A stretch of DNA of 64,000 nucleotides, from NCBI GenBank assembly GCA_963677655.1, contig OY782089.1. The stretch is one strand, 5' to 3'. Below, one piece after another: positions 47,373-56,067 of this stretch; position 1 is the stretch's first letter, and every line of letters starts with the position of its first letter. The notes under the pieces were generated by a model. The model was given only the letters and a program-made list of their open reading frames with translations. It was not told the DNA's origin and ran no database searches. The DNA comes from an uncultured Saccharicrinis sp. GTDB lineage: Bacteria; Bacteroidota; Bacteroidia; Bacteroidales; Marinilabiliaceae. A program made the position numbers and the translations under genes.

Positions 47373-50168
47373 TCAACTCCTTTGTGCAAAGGATTTTACA
47401 AATTGAGCCGGAGTCATTTCTTTTTCCTTATTAAAGGCCCTGTAAAAAGTAGATTTTGATGAGAAACCACTTTTCTCAGCTAGTGCATTTAATGTTAATA
47501 TTTCTGCATCCGAGGTTTTGAGTAAACGTATAAATTCTTCGACCCGGTATTTATTGATATACTCATAAAAACGCGTATTCAGGTGTTCATTAAAAATCTG
47601 AGAAAGTTCTCCACTACTCACATTTATTAACTGTGCTAATTTTTCTACAGATAGATTCTTCTGTAGATAGGGTTTATCATTAGTCATAACCTCTGTCAAA
47701 CGTTCAATAGCCTGATTGGTTATATCGTCGGTTAATTTAGAAAACACGTATTTATTTTCCCTTTTACTTTGTTTGATCTTACGTTGTTGTTTTATATATA
47801 GAATTGTCAATACTAAAACAACCAAAAACACCAAAAAAACCACTACCAACACTATCCAGCTTCCAGAACTAACCCTTACAGAAATATGGATTGGTTGTCC
47901 GAATTCCCCTTCTGGCAAAGCCGCCTTTATATGTATATTGTATAAGCCCGAATTTAAATCTTTAATTGAAAGCTCCCTATTTCTTGTATAGTTCCACGTT
48001 TCATCTCTTCCTTGTAATTTCCATGCAAAAACCTGTTTACCTGGCGATAATAAACTTGAGGAACCATATTCAATCAACAATTGATTTATCTTTCCATCTT
48101 TTTGAAACTCAAAATCCATTGCTTTTTTTAAATACGACTTCGGGAAATGGATCGTATCTCCATCTGCTATCAACTGATGAATTAAAACATGAGGTGCTTC
48201 AATATTTCTATATTTTTTTACGGGTTTAAAATAATTTACCCCATTCACACTACTAAAATAATAGGTATTACTTATGGTATCCAGATATGCTCCACGCCGA
48301 TTGTATTTTACATCTACCAAACCATCGCTAAAAGCATAAGGAATAAACCTACCCAAACCTAAGGCATTTGGATTATATTTTATAATTCCTTTCCAGGTTC
48401 CCAACCAAAGTTCACCATTTTTATCAGGTAATATCGCAGAAACATAATTGTGTGTCAAGCCATCTTGCTCAAAAAAGCCTTTAATCTTAACATTACCAAG
48501 GCTTAGATCTCCTCTTTCCAATTTATCTATTTTGTAAAGACCATTAACTGATCCCAGCCAAATATTTCCTTTTGTATCCTGACTGATAGTTTGAATTTCG
48601 TTTATTTTGAGTACCTCGTGCGTTTTCTTGTTAATCTCAGCGATTATTTTGTTGTTTTCAGCATTAATAACAATCACTCCCTTATTACTTGTTCCAACCC
48701 AAATACGTTTTTCGTTGTCAATAAAAAAACAAATTACACTAATGTTATTCTCCTTATTGATACGCTGAACCTGAAATTGCCTTTTTGAAACTTGCTTTAA
48801 TTCAACTAATTTACGGTCAACACACATCCAATAATTTCCATTAGGATGTTGGATAACTGAAGTAATTTGCTTGAAATTGATAGCATGATTCTTTTCGTCT
48901 AAAAGTTCCAAATCAATCAATTCGTTTCCATCGGCTAGTTTTAATGAGTGATCTGCAGTCAGTAATGTTTGATTCTTATGATCTGTGTAAATGCAGAAAA
49001 CAGAGTTAATATCGAATCCATTGCTCGTATTGTAACGTGTAAATTGTTCCTCATTAACATTCAACCTTGACATACCACTCCTGAAACTACCAAACCACAC
49101 GTTTCCAAGTGTATCACCATAAACCGGATAGATGCTATTATCATGTATTGTGTAAGGGTTTTGAGGATTGTGTCGAAAATTAGAAAACCATTGATGCTGC
49201 AAATCTAATTTATTGAGCCCTCCATAGGTAGAAATCCAAATAATCTCTTCCTTATCCACATATATATCTGTTATTTGATTATTGGAAAGAGAAAACGGAT
49301 AGTTGGGTTCATTAAAGATGAATTGGATCCCTGATATATCATATTCTGAATCTAAAACAACCCTGTTTAATCCATTCCTTGTTCCTGCCCAAACGGAACC
49401 GTTAAGATATGCTAACGAGGTAACATTGTTGTGACTTAGGCTAAAAGGCTTATTATCAGAACTAATATATTGATAGTTATTCTCCTTTCTGGTCAATTCT
49501 GCCAAGTGAAATATATAAAGACCATTATTGGAGGCAATGTATATTTCATTGTTTGGAGTGAAGCAAAAATCATTAATATTCTCATGCAATTTAAGTACAG
49601 TATCCTCATTACATACCAATATACCTTTACTTGTTGCTTTCCACACTAACCCTGAATGATCCATTTGTATGGAAGAAACCCTTTCTCTGCCTTTTAATTT
49701 GGTAATTTCATTATTGTAAATATTTAAATGAAAATTGCCCTTAGAACTTGAAATAAATAAAATACTATCATTTAGTGCATATAAAAAACTAACTTTCTTT
49801 ATTCTATCTGTAGCAAAAGAGCTGAAACGATTGTTTATTATATCATATTTATACAAACCAGATTCGCCTCCCACCCATATATTGTGTGCATTATCCTGTG
49901 TAACATCAAAAAAACGTTCTCCTTTGATAAAATACTTTGAAGTATCCCTATTTTCGGTAAAATTAAGGATATATCTTCCATCATACCTGGCAACTCCATT
50001 AATACCAACTACCCACAAATAGCCTTGGTTATCACGGTAAGTTTTAAAAAAACGGTCACTAAACAACCCATCCTGTGAACTTACTTTTTCCATGAATACA
50101 GACTGGCTGTTGACTATAGCAGATAACACCCCAAGTAAAAACAATATAGAAAGCCTCAATTTCACCAT
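47373..50168 (-). CDS. Membrane-spanning transcriptional regulator: HTCS-type beta-propeller/Y_Y_Y sensor, TM helix and AraC HTH, with no kinase or receiver domain
   Basis: Reg_prop repeats (GLxxNxI...D..G.IW.GT..GL), Y_Y_Y-like FAWKLQG, TM WIVLVVVFLVFLVVLVLTILYI, then only about 139 aa containing an AraC HTH (GFSSKSTFYRAFNKEKEMTP). Confidence 0.9.
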   Translation of the reverse strand: MVKLRLSILFLLGVLSAIVNSQSVFMEKVSSQDGLFSDRFFKTYRDNQGYLWVVGINGVARYDGRYILNFTENRDTSKYFIKGERFFDVTQDNAHNIWVGGESGLYKYDIINNRFSSFATDRIKKVSFLYALNDSILFISSSKGNFHLNIYNNEITKLKGRERVSSIQMDHSGLVWKATSKGILVCNEDTVLKLHENINDFCFTPNNEIYIASNNGLYIFHLAELTRKENNYQYISSDNKPFSLSHNNVTSLAYLNGSVWAGTRNGLNRVVLDSEYDISGIQFIFNEPNYPFSLSNNQITDIYVDKEEIIWISTYGGLNKLDLQHQWFSNFRHNPQNPYTIHDNSIYPVYGDTLGNVWFGSFRSGMSRLNVNEEQFTRYNTSNGFDINSVFCIYTDHKNQTLLTADHSLKLADGNELIDLELLDEKNHAINFKQITSVIQHPNGNYWMCVDRKLVELKQVSKRQFQVQRINKENNISVICFFIDNEKRIWVGTSNKGVIVINAENNKIIAEINKKTHEVLKINEIQTISQDTKGNIWLGSVNGLYKIDKLERGDLSLGNVKIKGFFEQDGLTHNYVSAILPDKNGELWLGTWKGIIKYNPNALGLGRFIPYAFSDGLVDVKYNRRGAYLDTISNTYYFSSVNGVNYFKPVKKYRNIEAPHVLIHQLIADGDTIHFPKSYLKKAMDFEFQKDGKINQLLIEYGSSSLLSPGKQVFAWKLQGRDETWNYTRNRELSIKDLNSGLYNIHIKAALPEGEFGQPIHISVRVSSGSWIVLVVVFLVFLVVLVLTILYIKQQRKIKQSKRENKYVFSKLTDDITNQAIERLTEVMTNDKPYLQKNLSVEKLAQLINVSSGELSQIFNEHLNTRFYEYINKYRVEEFIRLLKTSDAEILTLNALAEKSGFSSKSTFYRAFNKEKEMTPAQFVKSFAQRS

Positions 50169-50241
50169 ATGGCTGTTTCTTCTTAATCAATACTAGTACT
50201 TAGTTCATAAAGTTATATAGCAACAATTACTTCATTTGATT

Positions 50242-51639
50242 TCAATTATTAATCCACTCATTATCTCCCTGCTCTTTCATCCAACTCAAAATAGCTTTAT
50301 GAAGCTCTTTTAATTTCGGTTGATATTCAGGATGATCTGCCAGATTATCGAGCTCTTCCGGATCTTTATCTAAATCAAAAAGTTGGAATTCAGAACGGTG
50401 CTTAAAGGCCTGAACTCTACTCATAGCATTTTTATCATAACTGGCTTTTGCCAACCATGAAAGATACATCTTACGAACATGGCGGTCTTCAATTTTATCT
50501 ACATGATCATAATCAAATCCGTTAATGGTTCTAACAGCATATAGATTATCCGGAGTTACAGTCCACATCAATTTATAGCGACCATCAGTTACAGCACGTG
50601 AGGCAAATGGAGGTCCTTCGTGCCCACTATTGTATACAAAAAAAGCCTTGTCACGATGATTTTTTGTTTTACCTGCAATAACAGGAAGCAGGCTTCTCCC
50701 ATCCATCCCTTCCACAACTTCACCTCCGGCAGCATCTATCAATGTCGGTAATATATCGCAATATTGCGAAAGAACAGGAGTTACCATGGATTTATCATAA
50801 GGTTTTGGCCATTTCATCACACAAGCTGAACGCACACCCATATCGTATGTTGTCCATTTACCAAAAGGCATTCCAATACCATTCTCATCCAAAACAATCA
50901 AAGCCGTATTTTTATCCAGTTCATTTTGTTCAAGCATCGTTCTGGCCTTACCCACCTGTTTATCAAACATATGAATTTCGGCAAGGTATTCCCTAAAATA
51001 ATGTCGCGTTTCTTTAGTATCAACGAAACTCTTTGGCAACACTAATTCATCTAATTTCCAGGGAGAAGAATCCCCAGCATCCCATGGAGAATGTGCGTGT
51101 ATGGAACAAATAATTAAGCAAAAAGGCTGATTTGGATCACGGGTTATAAACTCCTCTATGCCATTCCATTCTTCCTGACCCACCCCGTGTATCACACAAT
51201 TCTTCTCAAAACCATCTACAAACTCAAATGGATATACTGAGTTTGGCTTAAAATGGCGTTTCCCTGTTAGCCCTACCCGATAGCCAAGTTTTGATAGATG
51301 TTGAACAATACTTTGGGTACCTTTTTTAGTAGCTGCATGATTAATGGTACAACCATTTTTATATGGAGCTAATCCGGTATATAACTCTGCCCGTGTTGGA
51401 GCACACATTGCTTCGGAAACAAACATATTTGTAAAACGTATTCCCTCCTCTGCCAGCTTATCAATATTAGGAGTTGTATTGGGATTCTTTGCTCCAAAAC
51501 AACCAATATTTGAAGCACTAATATCATCTCCAACAAGTATAAGAAAATTTGGTTTCTTACTTTTTGCAGATAAAAATGAAATAGTGATAAACAATATAAT
51601 AAAAATCCCAAAGACTCTTTTATGGTTTTTTATTTTCAT
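50242..51639 (-). CDS. S1 sulfatase (S1_8 / sulfamidase-like)
   Basis: PNFLILVGDD, MCAPTRAELYTGL, GKRH, HSPWD, GKWTTYDMG. Confidence 0.9.
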   Translation of the reverse strand: MKIKNHKRVFGIFIILFITISFLSAKSKKPNFLILVGDDISASNIGCFGAKNPNTTPNIDKLAEEGIRFTNMFVSEAMCAPTRAELYTGLAPYKNGCTINHAATKKGTQSIVQHLSKLGYRVGLTGKRHFKPNSVYPFEFVDGFEKNCVIHGVGQEEWNGIEEFITRDPNQPFCLIICSIHAHSPWDAGDSSPWKLDELVLPKSFVDTKETRHYFREYLAEIHMFDKQVGKARTMLEQNELDKNTALIVLDENGIGMPFGKWTTYDMGVRSACVMKWPKPYDKSMVTPVLSQYCDILPTLIDAAGGEVVEGMDGRSLLPVIAGKTKNHRDKAFFVYNSGHEGPPFASRAVTDGRYKLMWTVTPDNLYAVRTINGFDYDHVDKIEDRHVRKMYLSWLAKASYDKNAMSRVQAFKHRSEFQLFDLDKDPEELDNLADHPEYQPKLKELHKAILSWMKEQGDNEWINN

Positions 51640-51680
51640 GATGATTGTGATATAGATTTTAACTGAGCTCAGAACTATAC

Positions 51681-53393
51681 TTATTCTATCTCATTAAATG
51701 TTTTCCATGTTAACACACCTGTATTTTTTGCCCACTCTTTCCACATCGCTTCCATTTTTTTTGTCTTTTCTGGCATCTGATTGATTATATCCTGAGTTTC
51801 GGTACGGTCTTTTTCCATATCATACAGTTCCCAGTTATATTCCGAATCTTTACTCCATTTTGATACCAGTTTATATTTACCCAGGCGTATTGCTTTATTG
51901 CCTTCATGCTCCCAATACAGTGCTCTGTTCTTTAATTCCTGATCCTTAAAAGATGGAAGCAGGCTTGTTCCTGCTAGTGGAGTAATGAGATTGCCATGAT
52001 ATTCTTTCGGATAATTGGCGCCTGCCACATCCACACAGGTTGCCATAATATCAACAATATGAGCAGGTTGCTTGCGGAACTCATTTTTAGCCATAATTCC
52101 ATCAGGCCAGTGCACAATTAATGGAGTTGAAATACCTCCCTCATGTACATAATGTTTATACATTCTAAAAGGTGTGTTACTTGCATTTGCCCACGGCTTA
52201 TCATATGACAGATATGTACTATCAGGTCCTGGTTCTAAACCTATTCCTCCATAAACAGGTTTCCCTTTTCGTGTATATTGGGGTTTCATATCTCTCTGAC
52301 GTTCATCTTTACCCATGGGTTTAAGGTCATCCGCTTTCACATCTTTATTATACGGTCTGATGCCCTCAAAAAGCCCCAGACGCTCTGCACAACCTCCGTT
52401 ATCCTCTAAAAAGAAAACCAAGGTATTGTCCTTCATACCTTTTTCATCAAGCGTATTCATCACTTTTCCAATACCTTGATCCATGCAATCCACCATAGCA
52501 GCATAAACTTCCATTAATGAACTATACCAGGCTTTATTTTCCTCGTCTTCCCAATTTTTAATCTTAGCTTCTTTTTCAGATAACTTCCAATCAGGGTTAA
52601 TAATTCCCATTTCTTTTAATCGTTCATACTTTTTTTGACGAAGAACATCCCATCCTTCATCAAATTTTCCTTTGTATTTAGCAATATCTTCAGGTTTTGC
52701 ATGCATTGGCCAGTGAGCTGCAGTATAGGCCAGGTACATAAAGAAAGGCTTTTCCGAATCATGTTCTTGTATGTATTTAACTGCATTTTCTGTGATAGCA
52801 TCTGTAAAATAAAAATCTTCAGAAGGTGTGATATACTCATTATCACGAGTAAGCGAACAAGGATCGTAAAAACTTCCGGCACCAAGGATAGTACCAAAAA
52901 ACTTATCGAAACCTCTTTGTAAAGGCCAGTTGTGTTTTGTAGGATTGTCATCATTGGGTTTATACGGGGTAACATGCCATTTACCGGAAATATAAGTTGC
53001 ATAACCAGCCTGTTTCAAAACTTCAGCCATGGTCATTGCCTTATTGCTCAAATCACCTCTATAAGATTCGGCTCCCAAATCTTTCGTCATATGACCAAAC
53101 CCTGATTGGTGAGGATAAAGCCCTGTTAGCAAAGAGGCTCGTGTCGGACAGCAACGAGCTGCATTATAAAATTGAGTATAACGTAAACCATTTTTTGCCA
53201 GACCATCGAGATTGGGAGTATTTATCTCCCCTCCGTAACAGCCAATATCTGAGAAACCCATATCATCTGATAAAATAACAATGATATTAGGTTGAGATTT
53301 TTCTTTGACTTCATCTTTACAGCTTAATATTGCTATACCAATTAGTAATGTGGAAATAATTATTTTACACTTTATCATTTTTACTCCTTTCAC
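51681..53393 (-). CDS. S1 arylsulfatase, lipoprotein (S1_4-like)
   Basis: SDDMGFSDIGCYG, RCCPTRASLLTGLYPHQ, AAHWPMHA, HEGGISTP; lipobox ILSC. Start is GTG 53393 or ATG 53378. Confidence 0.93.
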   Translation of the reverse strand: MKGVKMIKCKIIISTLLIGIAILSCKDEVKEKSQPNIIVILSDDMGFSDIGCYGGEINTPNLDGLAKNGLRYTQFYNAARCCPTRASLLTGLYPHQSGFGHMTKDLGAESYRGDLSNKAMTMAEVLKQAGYATYISGKWHVTPYKPNDDNPTKHNWPLQRGFDKFFGTILGAGSFYDPCSLTRDNEYITPSEDFYFTDAITENAVKYIQEHDSEKPFFMYLAYTAAHWPMHAKPEDIAKYKGKFDEGWDVLRQKKYERLKEMGIINPDWKLSEKEAKIKNWEDEENKAWYSSLMEVYAAMVDCMDQGIGKVMNTLDEKGMKDNTLVFFLEDNGGCAERLGLFEGIRPYNKDVKADDLKPMGKDERQRDMKPQYTRKGKPVYGGIGLEPGPDSTYLSYDKPWANASNTPFRMYKHYVHEGGISTPLIVHWPDGIMAKNEFRKQPAHIVDIMATCVDVAGANYPKEYHGNLITPLAGTSLLPSFKDQELKNRALYWEHEGNKAIRLGKYKLVSKWSKDSEYNWELYDMEKDRTETQDIINQMPEKTKKMEAMWKEWAKNTGVLTWKTFNEIE

Positions 53394-53543
53394 CTATTTA
53401 CAATCAACCAAAAAAACTGATAGACAACAACAAGCATAATTTGTATTGATCAATCGATTTGGGATTATTCTATATAATGGAACAATCCCTTTCCATTACT
53501 TCGATAATTTTCTGTATTGCACTGATAATAAATACATTAAGAA

Positions 53544-53620
53544 AGTAGACTATTGATTATTAACATACTGAGACTAAGCGCCTCCGCTTGGACGGAGCAG
53601 GCTTTGTAAATCAGTCTACT
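53544..53620. repeat. Imperfect nested stem-loop, REP-like
   Basis: Outer IR agtagact (53544-53551) / agtctact (53613-53620). Inner GC-rich hairpin ctccg-cttgga-cggag. Confidence 0.4.
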
Positions 53621-53633
53621 ACCTTTTAAACAC

Positions 53634-54581
53634 TCACTTTATTGGCGTTACCGGCTCATTAGTTTTTACCCCCTTGCCAAGCGTATATTCAATTGGTTTA
53701 ATGGTTCCATCTTCGTTAAACTCCATTTTATCAAAACAGGAAGAACGACGCCAAAAAGTTCCATCATTTACATCGCCACGCTGATAGAAGAAGTACCATT
53801 GATTTTTAAATTCAATGGCCGACATATGTGCAGGAGCATCCTTTTGTGTAGGCGTAATAAAGCCTTTAAACTCGGCATATTTTTCAGTTGGCAATGGTGA
53901 ATCTGCCATCCAATAGCCTGTTCGCCAACCTTTACGACCCATAAAATAATACTTCCCATTACGTTTAAAACAATGCACTGCCTCGTTAACTGTTTCTTCG
54001 CTTAAGCGTTGCCATGGCCCATCCAATTCAATCATATTATCTTTTAGTTTTGCACCATACACGTGCCTACCTTTCTCTCCAAGATTGACTTTTGCATCAT
54101 TTCCATAAATATAAGCCTGTCCATCATCGTCGATAAACACTGTTGGATCGAAAATAGAAGTGATCTTATCGGTTACAGCCTCTTCCCACGGACCTTCAGG
54201 ATTGCGACTTTTTGCTACCCCGATATGTGTTTTGTTATATGGAAAATAGAAATAATACCATCCATCTTTATAAGCCACATCTGGTGCATTCATCTGTCCG
54301 TGAGCCCACGAATATTCTCGAGGTTTTAAAACAACTCCATGGTTTTTCCAGTTAACCAGATCCTCTGATTCAAGTACAACATAGTCTTGCATTGTGCTGT
54401 AACCTACTGCTGTATCCACATCGTGAGAGCAGTAAACATATACTTTGCCATTGTACACTTCAGCAGCAGGATCGGCGATGTATAAAAAACCAGCGTCTCC
54501 CTTTTTAAGGATAGGATTTTGAGCTTTGCTCCAGACAGCAAAACCAAATAGAGTTATTAATAACAGACTTTTAAGCTTCAT
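53634..54581 (-). CDS. GH43 glycoside hydrolase (xylosidase/arabinofuranosidase-like)
   Basis: IADP (base), FDPTVFIDDDG (pKa modulator), NEAVH (acid); signal peptide. Confidence 0.85.
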   Translation of the reverse strand: MKLKSLLLITLFGFAVWSKAQNPILKKGDAGFLYIADPAAEVYNGKVYVYCSHDVDTAVGYSTMQDYVVLESEDLVNWKNHGVVLKPREYSWAHGQMNAPDVAYKDGWYYFYFPYNKTHIGVAKSRNPEGPWEEAVTDKITSIFDPTVFIDDDGQAYIYGNDAKVNLGEKGRHVYGAKLKDNMIELDGPWQRLSEETVNEAVHCFKRNGKYYFMGRKGWRTGYWMADSPLPTEKYAEFKGFITPTQKDAPAHMSAIEFKNQWYFFYQRGDVNDGTFWRRSSCFDKMEFNEDGTIKPIEYTLGKGVKTNEPVTPIK

Positions 54582-54640
54582 TCTATTTTAGTTTTAATTT
54601 TATTCGTCACACTTTATTATATCCATAAATCAAAAGGATC

Positions 54641-56032
54641 TCATTCATGAGATGTATCTGTTACTTCTCCATTACTCTTGATATCTGCATCTATAGTTCC
54701 TGGTAAAAGCAATACTCTGATTTTTGTTTTATTATCCAATTTTATATCTGTAGCATGCATTCTTGCTTTTTTGTTAAAGCTTCCATAGCCTTCCCATGCA
54801 GCCAATTTTATGGCCATTTTATCCGGAATATAATCAGTATTGGATGTTTTGATAATTACATGGTGACCCGTTCCGTTAATCTTTGCCAACAGACTGTTTG
54901 CCATTCCATTTCTGCTATCCAAAATCTCCATTTCAACATAAGCATTTTTAGCGTTTGTGTAAGGAACACAGAATGCTTCTGCATATTTAGCATCAGCAGC
55001 ACAATTGATTATGGTATCATTGTTACCCACATTATATCCGGTAGCTACACAATCTGAAACCTTGCAGTTAATCACCTTATCTCCAGATTTGCTTAATCCA
55101 GTACATATACCACGGCGCATTTGAAAAACAGTACAATCTTTTATCGTAGTATTTTTAGTGGGATTTCCATGATATTCAGGATACATCCGAATTCCATCTT
55201 CACTTAGTGAGATGATTTCACCGGGAAGGATTTTACCATCTTCAGCAACGATAGTTCCTTCGATGTATCCTCCTTTATGAGCAAAAAAGTCTTTATCAAA
55301 ACAATATCCCGAAGTCTCGGCTAAGATTGCATCTGTTGTACGCAGCAAACCATCTACATGACAATCCTCAATTAAAGTATTTTCGGCTCCCTGCAAGAAA
55401 ATGGCATGTCCCATAGCTCGCATATGAACCTGACATCCAATCAACTTTACATTTTTTGCCGGATAGCCTATACGTATACCATTCATTTTTCGCACATCAC
55501 CTCCTCCAAGTCCGTACAAGTAACCATAACCCCATGGTGAAGAACCTGCTGTGCGCACTTCTACATTCTTTAAAGTAATATTGGAACCTACGATGTTAAA
55601 CATCTTGTTTTTACTTTGTCGGCCTGGCTGACCTCCATATGTTTCAATATAGAGACCTTCAAAAACTATATTATTCCCTGAGATTTCAACAGCACAATAC
55701 ATACTGTTACCATCTTCGCTTTTTTTCAAATCCGTTCTGCTGAATAATTTAGTATCTACCATAAAACGAACTCCGTTTAAGTCGTAATGTGAATTATTCC
55801 CGGTAACCTGAATAAAACGAATACTGTTTGCATTATCAATTTGGTAATTCCCCTCTTTTAGCTTGACTTTTACATCATCTTTATTGATGTAATTTTTGAA
55901 ATCGGAAAGGTTATCAACTATAATAAAATTATCATCCTTACTACCAGGTAAATTAGCCTTTAATGGATTAAGTATTAACAAGCATACTATTAGAAAAACG
56001 GCTTGTCGTATGTTATTTTTTTTCTGTTGCAT
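54641..56032 (-). CDS. Right-handed beta-helix protein, PL43 (fucoidan lyase FdlA)-like candidate
   Basis: Beta-helix repeats (NVKLIGCQV, TLIEDCHV, TTIKDCTV). Motifs WGYG, GHAIF, EDGIRMY and MRRG resemble FdlA-type motifs as I recall them; unverified. Confidence 0.5.
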   Translation of the reverse strand: MQQKKNNIRQAVFLIVCLLILNPLKANLPGSKDDNFIIVDNLSDFKNYINKDDVKVKLKEGNYQIDNANSIRFIQVTGNNSHYDLNGVRFMVDTKLFSRTDLKKSEDGNSMYCAVEISGNNIVFEGLYIETYGGQPGRQSKNKMFNIVGSNITLKNVEVRTAGSSPWGYGYLYGLGGGDVRKMNGIRIGYPAKNVKLIGCQVHMRAMGHAIFLQGAENTLIEDCHVDGLLRTTDAILAETSGYCFDKDFFAHKGGYIEGTIVAEDGKILPGEIISLSEDGIRMYPEYHGNPTKNTTIKDCTVFQMRRGICTGLSKSGDKVINCKVSDCVATGYNVGNNDTIINCAADAKYAEAFCVPYTNAKNAYVEMEILDSRNGMANSLLAKINGTGHHVIIKTSNTDYIPDKMAIKLAAWEGYGSFNKKARMHATDIKLDNKTKIRVLLLPGTIDADIKSNGEVTDTSHE

Positions 56033-56067
56033 AATCTTTATCTTTAATATATTCAGATTTCTTTTAA

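Noticed and set aside
53515-53521. TATTGCA, a 6/7 match to the box upstream of the 570-aa sulfatase
   Set aside because: No -7 element at 59 bp.
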